Assembly (NCBI GenBank): GCA_043803945.1
Contig: JAZDJN010000042.1
Span: 1-64,000, forward strand
Direction of reading: 5' to 3'
Source of the DNA: a bacterium
GTDB taxonomy: Bacteria; Bacteroidota; Ignavibacteria; UBA10030
Length of the DNA stretch: 64,000 nt
This document shows, piece by piece, positions 27,878-36,620 of the stretch. The position numbers and the translations under genes are program-made. How positions within the stretch are numbered: position 1 is the first letter of the stretch; each line of letters opens with the position of its first letter. The notes beneath the pieces are model-generated. The model was not told where the DNA came from. It worked only from the letters and a program-made list of their open reading frames with translations, and made no database searches.

Positions 27878-28945
27878 TCATGATTCCCGTGCCGCCTCAA
27901 TGAATGCGAGCACGTTTTCCCATGGAACCTCTGGCTCGAGAATATGAGTAGGGGCGAGGAGCAATCCTCCGTTCGAGCCTAACTGTGCAACTACTTCCTT
28001 CACCTTCAATCGTACATCATCCGGTGTTCCGAATGGCATCGTTGTTTGTGTGCCCACTCCACCCCAGAATGAAATCTTGTCACCATACTGCTTCCCGAGG
28101 AACTGAAGATCATTACATTCCGGCTGGACGGGATTCAAAATGTCGATTCCGATATCAATATACTCCGGGATGAAGTCAGTGACATCACCATCGCAATGCA
28201 TGAAGATGAGAATGTCGGGTTTCACACTCTTCGCAGCATTGATAATGCGGCGGGTTCTTTCTTTTAGATAGGTGCGATAGAGGTCAACACTCATTATCGG
28301 GCCTTTTTGGGATGAGATATCATCACCAAGCCGTAAGATATCGACATCATCTTCCGCAAACTTGATGGCCTGACGGATTCTTAATGTTGTGAGATTCTCA
28401 CAAAGAGCATGCGCCAAATCTTCATTGGCATAGAAATCCATCAGTAATTGTTCCAGCCCCCGTAATAGCCAGGCAGTTTCAAAGATGGTGAGGTAGAGTT
28501 CGCCCGTTACAGCGTAACCCTTTTGATGGTACGCGGCAGTCTTCTCAGCCAGGCCCTCGAAGCGGGAGTCTGCATCGATTTCGGGCCAGTCAAAATTTTG
28601 CACATCGTCCGCTGTCGTTGCGCGAGCGAGAGGATGATACCGATACTCAACGAAGTGTTCCACGGAACCAGGGACAGATCCGACGCACCACTCATCCCAT
28701 ATGATTCTGGAGGAAGGGTTTTCCGAAAAGTACTTTATGTAGTTTGGCTGGCGTGTGGGTGGATTGATCTCTATCGACCGTGTGTCAAAGTCGAAGTATT
28801 CTGCCGGCTCGAGCACCGAACCGGTACGCTTGCGATAGGTGGCCATCAATCCTGGTGTGAAGGCACCCCAACTGATCTCAAAAGGAGTGCGATCCGGCTT
28901 CCCTTTCCGTCGCAGAGCTGTCAGTACTCGCTCACGGGATGTCAT
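27878..28945 (-). CDS. Uroporphyrinogen decarboxylase-family protein (MtaA/CmuA-like)
   Basis: MTSRERV...PDRTP, GDD..SQKG, HCDG, LNPVQPE, FWGGVGTQ, APTH.L...VPWEN. Confidence 0.9.
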   Translation of the reverse strand: MTSRERVLTALRRKGKPDRTPFEISWGAFTPGLMATYRKRTGSVLEPAEYFDFDTRSIEINPPTRQPNYIKYFSENPSSRIIWDEWCVGSVPGSVEHFVEYRYHPLARATTADDVQNFDWPEIDADSRFEGLAEKTAAYHQKGYAVTGELYLTIFETAWLLRGLEQLLMDFYANEDLAHALCENLTTLRIRQAIKFAEDDVDILRLGDDISSQKGPIMSVDLYRTYLKERTRRIINAAKSVKPDILIFMHCDGDVTDFIPEYIDIGIDILNPVQPECNDLQFLGKQYGDKISFWGGVGTQTTMPFGTPDDVRLKVKEVVAQLGSNGGLLLAPTHILEPEVPWENVLAFIEAARES

Positions 28946-29028
28946 ACGGTATTCCTCTACCGCTCATAGCTTAATTATCACTTATATTACGCATGGAACT
29001 GAGTAAGACCAGAAAATGAGAAAGATTT

Positions 29029-29120
29029 GCCACCAAGACGCCAAGATTTTAATATGATAGATTTTCAGATTCTTATGGAAAACAACCAAATTAAAAAAAA
29101 TCCTTGGTGCACTTGGCGGC
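29029..29120. repeat. Palindromic intergenic element (CACCAAG-type)
   Basis: GCCACCAAGACGCCAAG ... CTTGGTGCACTTGGCGGC around an AT-rich core; same type as the repeat nested at 15973-16068. Confidence 0.6.
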
Positions 29121-29192
29121 CAGACTTTCTTTCAAAGAGTCTCATTTTTTGTTTGTGCGTAACGTGATTCATCCGTTACTCCCAGAAAGCGG

Positions 29193-29927
29193 TTACTGCA
29201 ATTTCCGGATCCGTACTTCGATCCCGTTCACATCGCGAAGGAGATCGGCAATAGTTGCTGTGGCGGTATTGCCAAAATGGTACGGATAGAGAATCTTCGG
29301 CCTGAACGCTTTAGCCGCATCCGCCACCATCTCAGGTGTCATGGTATAAGGCAGATTCATTGGCAGGAAAGCGACATCGATATTCTTCAGGGCCTTCATC
29401 TCTGGAGTATTCTCCGTATCACCTGCAACATAGACTTTTTTATCGCCGAACGTTAATATGTATCCATTCCCTGCGCCTTTCGGATGGAATGGATCCCCAT
29501 CCGGACGCTTCTGGACGATGTTATAGGCAGGAACGGTTTCAATGGTGATGCCGGTAAGAGTTTGCGACTCTCCATTCTTCATGACAATACCGTCCTTTAC
29601 TTTTGGAGCACACTCGCTTGTAAAAATGATGGATGTCTTTTCCAACCGTATTTTCTCGATGGCGGCCGAGTCGAGGTGATCGCCATGGCTATGGGTCACG
29701 AGAATAATGTCGGCTTTGGGGAGTTTGGAGTAATCTGCAACTCTCCCGTAGGGATCGATATGAATGACAAGTCCATTGAATTCAAACATCAACGTTCCGT
29801 GACCGATGAATGTCATCCTGAGATCACCGGCTGCAGTCTTCAGAATGTCTGATTCAAATTGCTGTTGAGCGAAACAGAGCGATGCCGCTACAATCACCAG
29901 CATGAGTACCACTGCCGATTGTTTCAT
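29193..29927 (-). CDS. MBL-fold metallo-hydrolase, secreted
   Basis: THSHGDH, YVAGDT, LPMNLPYTM, YPYH; signal peptide. Confidence 0.9.
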   Translation of the reverse strand: MKQSAVVLMLVIVAASLCFAQQQFESDILKTAAGDLRMTFIGHGTLMFEFNGLVIHIDPYGRVADYSKLPKADIILVTHSHGDHLDSAAIEKIRLEKTSIIFTSECAPKVKDGIVMKNGESQTLTGITIETVPAYNIVQKRPDGDPFHPKGAGNGYILTFGDKKVYVAGDTENTPEMKALKNIDVAFLPMNLPYTMTPEMVADAAKAFRPKILYPYHFGNTATATIADLLRDVNGIEVRIRKLQ

Positions 29928-30001
29928 ATGAAGTGTTCCTCCTTGTTGAGGTATTGTTTGGAAGTGCTCTTCAGATGTGATTCGAATGTTCTAAAACCGG
30001 A

Positions 30002-30346
30002 TTACCAGCGCTTGCCGCCACCCCGGTATCCGCCGCCACCTCCACCGCCGCCCGGCCGCTTACCACGGGCACCACCACCAAATCCTCCGTGAGAGGAGCG
30101 CTCGGGGCGTGGTCTGGCTTCATTGACGTCCATTGACCGGCCTTTGAATTCCTTGCCGTGTAATCCGGCAATTGCTGCTTCCGCTTCGGTTTTTTCCGGC
30201 ATCTCAACGAACCCGAATCCTTTTGAAACGTTGTTCGAACGGTCTTTGATAATGGTGACTGAATCGAGTTGACCAAAAACTTGGAACGCTTCGCGCAGGT
30301 CTTGCTCTGTAACATCACGCGATAAATTACCGACATAGAGTTTCAT
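30002..30346 (-). CDS. RRM RNA-binding protein with Gly/Arg-rich tail
   Basis: RNP2 LYVGNL, RNP1 KGFGFVEM, VNEARPR, glycine-rich tail. Confidence 0.95.
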   Translation of the reverse strand: MKLYVGNLSRDVTEQDLREAFQVFGQLDSVTIIKDRSNNVSKGFGFVEMPEKTEAEAAIAGLHGKEFKGRSMDVNEARPRPERSSHGGFGGGARGKRPGGGGGGGGYRGGGKRW

Positions 30347-30663
30347 CTGGACCTCAATGTATAATGGTGTATGGTTTGGATTAGGTTCATTAATCTGAGC
30401 CGTGTACTTTACTACTATTGAATGGGGCAGTCCTCATGGAGCCTGGGTTGGATCCGGATTACAAGAGATCTTCATCTCCCCCGGCACATCCTGAAGTCGG
30501 TCCTTTATGAAGGATACCTCTGAATTCAATAAATGTCAATTTCTTTTTTTATCAATCTTCGCAAAGGAGTATGAATTTCAAGAAAATCGGTAATTCATAA
30601 ACAGGGAAAGGAAAAATCTCGTATATTCCTGCCGTCCAATCCATAAAAAGGAATGAGAGAAAT

Positions 30664-31749
30664 ATGCAAATTGGAATTGTAGGTCTTCCATTTTCCGGTA
30701 AATCGACACTGTTTCAAACTATTACAAAAACCCATCTTGATCCAACAGCCCTCACAAAGGCGGTGACACACCAGGCGATTGTGAAAGTGCCTGATGCTCG
30801 TCTGGATAAGCTCTCTTCGATTTTTTCACCGAAGAAAACAACCAACACAATAATCGAGTTCGTTGATGTGGTGGGATTGAAAAAAGGAGAGTCGGGTTCG
30901 ACACAGTTTTCGACCAACTTTCTGGGCAACGTTAAAACCAACGATGCTCTTGTTCAGGTTGTCCGTTTGTTCGCGAATGATGCCGTTCCCCATCCTGACG
31001 GCTCCATCGACGCGGTCCGTGATATTACGGCTTTCGAGACGGAATTTATTCTTTCTGATCTCTCAATGATTGAAAACCGAATCGACCGGATTCAAAAACA
31101 GATGATGAAGAAACCCGAGGAGCATCTCAAGAGGGAATTACCCCTCCTTGAGAAATGCCATAAAATTTTGCAGACCGAGAAGCCTCTCCGGGAAGCAGAA
31201 TTTTTGAAAGATCAGATGGTCATCCTGAAAAATTATCAGTTGCTTACCTTGAAACCGATGCTGATTGCCTTGAATTTCGATGAATCGCAACGGGGCGAGT
31301 GTGAGCAGATTATGAAACAGGTGACGGAAGCAAAACCAGGAAAGAATTCTCGGGCCCTTTCTTTCTTCGGGAAAATCGAAATGGAGGTGTCGGAATTGTC
31401 CGATGAAGAAGCCGGGGTATTCATGGAAGAATATGGAATCAGAGAGTCCGCACTTGCCGCGTTGATTCGAGAATCCTATTCATTGCTGGGGCTCGAGTGC
31501 TTCTTTACCGTCGGTGAGGATGAATGCCGTTCGTGGACCATCAAAAAGGGGATGACTGCACAGGAAGCTGCCGGAGTTATTCATTCCGATTTTTTCGGCA
31601 ATTTTATCCGGTCGGAGGTAGTGAGTTATGAAGACTTCATTGCCAGCAACGGCTCATTCGCGAAAGTCAAAGAAACAGGACATTGGAGACTCGAGGGGAA
31701 GGAGTATGTTGTCAACGATGGCGATATTATATCAATTCGACATAGTTAA
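30664..31749 (+). CDS. ychF: Redox-regulated ATPase YchF
   Basis: GIVGLP..GKST, VPDARL, GLKKG, FFTVGEDE.R.W, AAGVIHSDF, LEGKEYVV.DGD. Confidence 0.93.
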   Translation: MQIGIVGLPFSGKSTLFQTITKTHLDPTALTKAVTHQAIVKVPDARLDKLSSIFSPKKTTNTIIEFVDVVGLKKGESGSTQFSTNFLGNVKTNDALVQVVRLFANDAVPHPDGSIDAVRDITAFETEFILSDLSMIENRIDRIQKQMMKKPEEHLKRELPLLEKCHKILQTEKPLREAEFLKDQMVILKNYQLLTLKPMLIALNFDESQRGECEQIMKQVTEAKPGKNSRALSFFGKIEMEVSELSDEEAGVFMEEYGIRESALAALIRESYSLLGLECFFTVGEDECRSWTIKKGMTAQEAAGVIHSDFFGNFIRSEVVSYEDFIASNGSFAKVKETGHWRLEGKEYVVNDGDIISIRHS

Positions 31750-31810
31750 GAATGCCATCAACAGGAGTACATGTCCAGATTTGCACTGCCATCAGGAACA
31801 TTCCCGGGAA

Positions 31811-32659
31811 TCATGTGCTTCCGAGCGTGCGATAAAATTGTTCCTGGAGCTTTCTTGTCACCGTGCCTGGCTTTCCGTTTCCAATCAATGTTGCATTGAT
31901 GGAAATCACCGGTGTAATCTCTGTTGTTGTGCCGATGATCATGCATTCTTCGAGATCTTTGAGGAGCGATTCTTTGATAGGAGTTTCATTCCAGGGAATG
32001 TGCAAGTCCCGGCAGAGATCGAGCACAACCTGACGTGTAATTCCTGAGAGAATGAAATTCGATTTTGGGGGAGTGAGAAGTGTCCCATTCTGGATTGCGC
32101 AAAAATTCGTATGTGTCCCCTCCGTGATAAAACCATCCCTTGACCAGATTGTCTCGCACGCTTGTTGATCGACGGCGTTTTGACGAGAGAGAATGTTCGG
32201 CAAGAGAGCAATTGTCTTAATGTCGCATCGCGACCATCGAATATCTCTTTCCAGCAAAACCCGTGCACCCTGTTCAATCTCATCGGTGTGCGGTTTGAAG
32301 GGACTTGTGGTGATGAATAACGTTGGCTGAGTGGAGGCAGGAGGGAAGAAATGCTGCCGTGGATAGTACGAGCCGCGAGTCACCTGAATGTACGCAATTG
32401 CCTGAGCGTGATGATGCTCGTTCTTGTTAAGAAGATCAGCGGTGATCTCCTTAAGCTCCTCGAGATTTACACCAGTGATACGGAGTTGATCGAGGCCATA
32501 ACGAAGCCGTTCAAGATGAGCATCGGCCTGGAAGTACCCGGAGAGAGGATAGAATCGGATGACTTCATAGACTCCGTCTGAGAAGAGAAATCCCCGGTCA
32601 AACGGCGAGAGCCGGGCTTGTTCCAGTTCAATATAGTCATTATTGAGATAGATCCACAT
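31811..32659 (-). CDS. PLP-dependent class IV aminotransferase (D-amino-acid transaminase-like)
   Basis: DRGFLFSDGVYE, RW..CDIK, ITEG...N, ILSGITR, GTTTE; ATG 32659 follows a GGAG RBS. Confidence 0.9.
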   Translation of the reverse strand: MWIYLNNDYIELEQARLSPFDRGFLFSDGVYEVIRFYPLSGYFQADAHLERLRYGLDQLRITGVNLEELKEITADLLNKNEHHHAQAIAYIQVTRGSYYPRQHFFPPASTQPTLFITTSPFKPHTDEIEQGARVLLERDIRWSRCDIKTIALLPNILSRQNAVDQQACETIWSRDGFITEGTHTNFCAIQNGTLLTPPKSNFILSGITRQVVLDLCRDLHIPWNETPIKESLLKDLEECMIIGTTTEITPVISINATLIGNGKPGTVTRKLQEQFYRTLGST

Positions 32660-32796
32660 GATGGTTCTCCTCTCGGGGGATGAACAGCGTTTGCATCTGG
32701 CTCCTGTATTGAAAGCCACCTACTTGAATTACAGGAAATCTAATCATCTCTCGTCTTCTCTGCAAGCCTGTATAATCGCTTTGCTGAATCATTTTT

Positions 32797-32885
32797 CTCA
32801 CTCTCCCACTCTCCCACTCTCCCACTCTCCCTGTCTTCCACATACCCTCTTACTCTCCTACTCTCATACTCTCATACACTCTCAA
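32797..32885. repeat. Degenerate 8-bp tandem repeat (ACTCTCCC/ACTCTCAT)
   Basis: Several exact ACTCTCCC units followed by degenerate copies, in a divergent intergenic region. Confidence 0.75.
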
Positions 32886-32977
32886 ACCACCTTGCCTTTC
32901 TTCCCAAACTCCAGTACTTTCGCAACGGGTCGTTAATTGATCGTGCGTAAAGCATTTGATAACCATTCGAGAATCCC

Positions 32978-34969
32978 ATGATACCCTCACCCATTCGGCT
33001 CCCAAGCGACCAAAGGAAACAGCATCTGATACTGATTCTGACGATAGTTATATGGATCGGCAGCCAGTTCATCGCGTTCCTCTATGGCCAGGAGAAGCGC
33101 AATTTGTTGACCGGTCATTATTCATTGTCCGGTGTGAAGACTGATATTCTCCCTATCAAGGAGTGGCATCCATTTCCCACAGCAGATAACCGAGAGGGAT
33201 GGAATAAAGTACCGGAACAAGTACGCAAAGCACATATTAAACGGGCAGAACAATTGCTCAATTGTGAGTGGCCAACACCGAAGGCCAGCGTTTTTCTTGA
33301 TTTCGTTCGTAATGGAAATCGGAGCCGTTATGAGGCAATTTCTTTTGGACGTCGTGGACAGCTCGCCGATCTTGTTCTTGGGGAGTGCATGGAGGGAAAG
33401 GGCCGTTTTTTGGATGACATCGCCAATGGCATCTGGACAATCTGTGAAGAAAGCTACTGGGGTGTCTCAGCACATATCGGTGTACAAAAGAGAGGGTCGG
33501 GTTTGCCGGATGTAACAGAACCGACGGTTGATCTTTTTGCAGCAGAAACCGGAACGCTCCTCGCGTGGACGCATTACCTGCTCAAGCGCCAGCTCGACAC
33601 TCTCTCTCCGCTGCTCACAGAACGAATTCGCGATGAAGTCCGGCGAAGGATCCTTACTCCAAATCTCGAACGGGATGATTTTTGGTGGATGGGATTTAAA
33701 CGAAAGGTGAACAATTGGAATCCCTGGATCTGTTCGAACTGGCTCACCGCAGCGCTGCTCCTCGAAGAAGATCCTGACCGCCGTGCACAATCTGTTTATA
33801 AGATTCTACGCTGTCTCGATAATTTTCTGAACGATTATCCTGAGGATGGAGGGTGTGATGAAGGTCCAGGATATTGGGGCCGGGCTGGTGCCTCACTCTA
33901 CGACTGTCTTGAGCTTTTAACCAGTGTCTCTCAGAATAAAATCTCATTCTTCGATCGTCCGCTCATCCATGAAATCGGACGCTATATCGCTCGGGTATAT
34001 ATTCACGATCAATACTTTATCAATTTTGCCGATGCTCCCGCAAAACATGAAGCAGATGCAGCGGTCATTTTTCGATATGGAAGGGCGATCAATGATCCGG
34101 CCATGACCGGATTTGGTGCGTTCCTGGCGAAGCAACAAAATCTTGGCACAGGCAGAATCGATGGATCCTTCGGTGTTCTCGGCCGGGTGCTGCCAGCACT
34201 CTTCTCTCTCGATGCTCTTATGACAACAAAACCTGCTGAACCTCTGATTCGTGATTTCTGGCTTCCCGGGTTGCAGGTCATGGGTGCCCGGTCGTTCAAT
34301 GGCTCTGCCAAGAGTTTCTACATCGCCGCAAAAGGCGGGCATAATAATGAGAGCCATAATCACAATGATGTCGGAAATTTTGTGCTCTACGTCGATGGTG
34401 ATCCTGTACTCATCGATGTTGGTGTCGAAACGTACACCTCTAAAACATTCAGCAAAGATCGATACTCGATCTGGACCATGCAGTCGGCCTATCACAACCT
34501 ACCATCGATTAACGGTGTGATGCAGAAAGATGGAGCACAGTATAAAGCATCGAACCTCACGTACAACGAAACCGATGCCGCTGCGGTATTCAGTCTGGAG
34601 ATCGCAGGCGCATATCCGAAAGACGCATCGGTAAAAGAATGGCAACGGACGCTGACACTAAACCGCGGCAAGAACGTGGAACTCCATGAACGCTATGAAC
34701 TGGGAGAAGTAAAGCAAAATCTCCAATGGAGTTTCATGTCCTTCAGAATCCCTTCCTTGATTGAAGATGGAAAGATCCTGTTGAAAAGTGCAAAGGGATC
34801 TCCACTCTTCCTGCTCTTCAGGAAAGATTGCTTTAAGGTTTTGATCGAACCAATTATGATTCGCGACAAACGCTTGAAAGCCTCCTGGGATGAAAAAGTC
34901 TACAGGATAGTCCTCAAGGCCATGAACACAGCATTGAAGGATGACTATCGATTTATTGTTCAGCAATAG
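32978..34969 (+). CDS. Heparinase II/III-family polysaccharide lyase-like protein
   Basis: ICEES.W...AH, VDLFAAET, NNWNPW, DGGCDEGP.YW, NFAD, AKGGHNNESHNHNDVG, WTMQSAYHN. Confidence 0.88.
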   Translation: MIPSPIRLPSDQRKQHLILILTIVIWIGSQFIAFLYGQEKRNLLTGHYSLSGVKTDILPIKEWHPFPTADNREGWNKVPEQVRKAHIKRAEQLLNCEWPTPKASVFLDFVRNGNRSRYEAISFGRRGQLADLVLGECMEGKGRFLDDIANGIWTICEESYWGVSAHIGVQKRGSGLPDVTEPTVDLFAAETGTLLAWTHYLLKRQLDTLSPLLTERIRDEVRRRILTPNLERDDFWWMGFKRKVNNWNPWICSNWLTAALLLEEDPDRRAQSVYKILRCLDNFLNDYPEDGGCDEGPGYWGRAGASLYDCLELLTSVSQNKISFFDRPLIHEIGRYIARVYIHDQYFINFADAPAKHEADAAVIFRYGRAINDPAMTGFGAFLAKQQNLGTGRIDGSFGVLGRVLPALFSLDALMTTKPAEPLIRDFWLPGLQVMGARSFNGSAKSFYIAAKGGHNNESHNHNDVGNFVLYVDGDPVLIDVGVETYTSKTFSKDRYSIWTMQSAYHNLPSINGVMQKDGAQYKASNLTYNETDAAAVFSLEIAGAYPKDASVKEWQRTLTLNRGKNVELHERYELGEVKQNLQWSFMSFRIPSLIEDGKILLKSAKGSPLFLLFRKDCFKVLIEPIMIRDKRLKASWDEKVYRIVLKAMNTALKDDYRFIVQQ

Positions 34970-35025
34970 CTTCGGGACAAATGGGGGGCATTATTTCTTC
35001 ACGAGTCTTACAAAAGGATCAGAAC

Positions 35026-35876
35026 ATGATGTCTATCGGCCAACGCACGATTCCCCATCTGATGGAAGAGAGCGCAGCTCGCTTTGCATCGAACATTCTC
35101 CTTTGGGAAAAACGGGGAGAGCGGTTTGAAGGGGAAACTTATTCTACAATTCAAAAGCGCACCCATGCTTTTGCCGCCGGACTGATGAGTCTGGGTATTC
35201 TCAAGGGTGATCGGCTTGCCTTGATTTCGGAAGGACGGAATGACTGGGTAGTGGCTGAACTTGGCATTCTCTATGCCGGTGCAGTCAATGTACCGCTCTC
35301 TGTTAAAATCGAAGAATTGTCCGGTTTGAAATTCCGGTTGGCGCTGGCGTATCGGGTAAATGGCATTGGCTGGGATCGCGAATCGAAAGCAACGCTTTTA
35401 ATGAATCTAAAATATCGGCTCTTCGATCTCCTTCTCTTCAAGAAAATCCGTGAGGGTTTTGGCGGGCGACTCGAATTCTTCATCGGTGGCGGCGCTCTTT
35501 TGGATATAGAACTGCAGAGATTCTTTTATGCGATCGGCATTCCGATGTATCAAGGTTACGGCCTGACTGAGGCGGCACCAATCATCTCGGCGAATGTCCC
35601 TCGTCGGCATAAACTTGGATCCTCCGGATCGATTGTACCGAATCTTGCAGTGAAGATTTGTGAGGTGAATTTCCTGAGCGATGGATTCCCAGTGCGATCG
35701 GAGTACTCGGTGAGGGATTCACGGAACAAAATCGAATGCTGAATAGTACGTTGAAAATGGTACGATTGAAGATAGCGGAATTCTATAAAGACCGGCTTGA
35801 GTATCTCTTTACCGCCCCGGGAAAAGAGCTCTATAATCAGCAGAACCGAACCATCCTGAGGCGAATGGAGGATTGA
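35026..35876 (+). pseudogene. Long-chain fatty-acid-CoA ligase eroded by two internal deletions
   Basis: N-terminus (GDRLALISEGRNDW) joins in frame at about 35345 to the GGRLEFFIGGGA/QGYGLTE segment, with the YTSGTT P-loop absent; a second, frame-shifting join at about 35665 leads to the C-terminus FPERWIPSAIGVLGEGFTEQNRMLNSTLKMVR...TGA 35874-35876. Confidence 0.85.
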
Positions 35877-36021
35877 ATCAGAAGATCCCGGGCGATGGGT
35901 ACTACGTGCATAGTGGATTGATCCGATACTCTCCTGTGGGCGCATGCAACAATGTTCTTCACGCTTCGTAAAGAGAACTGAGTAAAAAAAAGTCTCAGCC
36001 ACAACTCCGGAGGAGCCGACC

Positions 36022-36414
36022 ATGACAAAAGAAAGTCACATAAGATTGTTGGCGATTTTTCATATCACCCTTAGTTCGCTTCTGCTCTTCATTGGGATTA
36101 TCGGTTTCTTCCTCCTTTCGGGGATCGGCTATCTTACCGATGATACCACTGCCTTCCATATCCTTGGATTCATTGGTACTATTGCTCTCCTGTTTTTCAG
36201 TTTTCTCGCGGTGCCGGGAATCATCGGTGGAATTGGCATTCTTCAACGTCAATCCTGGGCGAGAATTCTGCTTCTTGTCGTTGGGGTATTGCAGCTTTTT
36301 GATATTCCGATTGGTACAGCATTAGGGATCTATACGTTTTTTGTTCTTGCCGATAACGAAGCACGTACGTACTTTGAAAACCAAGCTGCCACTGGTTCAG
36401 GTCAACCGCTCTGA
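36022..36414 (+). CDS. Small hypothetical membrane protein
   Basis: GGAGG RBS; 3-4 TM segments; PGIIGGIGIL...WARIL...PIGTALGIYT motif. Confidence 0.8.
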   Translation: MTKESHIRLLAIFHITLSSLLLFIGIIGFFLLSGIGYLTDDTTAFHILGFIGTIALLFFSFLAVPGIIGGIGILQRQSWARILLLVVGVLQLFDIPIGTALGIYTFFVLADNEARTYFENQAATGSGQPL

Positions 36415-36620
36415 TGAGAATTAACGAACAGAGAAAAAGGAGCCCCAGATCCGTTAAAAATCTTTCTTCGAAAATTCCTACGGTGATCTTGAAGTGCGTG
36501 TCTCACTCCTGCCAGAACAATCCGCTCAAAAATTCTTATTGACACTCTCCTCTTCATTTGCGATGTTATCCAAAGCATCCTGACATATGAATCTCAGTCC
36601 ATTGCGGGGGAACGATCGGT

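Noticed and set aside
32640-32936. CRISPR array or real ORFs at the octamer repeat
   Set aside because: Units are 8 bp with no unique spacers; the ORFs (GEWESGRV, SHSPTLPL) simply translate the repeat
34981-35742. Intact 253-aa AMP-binding enzyme
   Set aside because: It lacks the P-loop and the true C-terminus lies in another frame, so it is treated as a pseudogene
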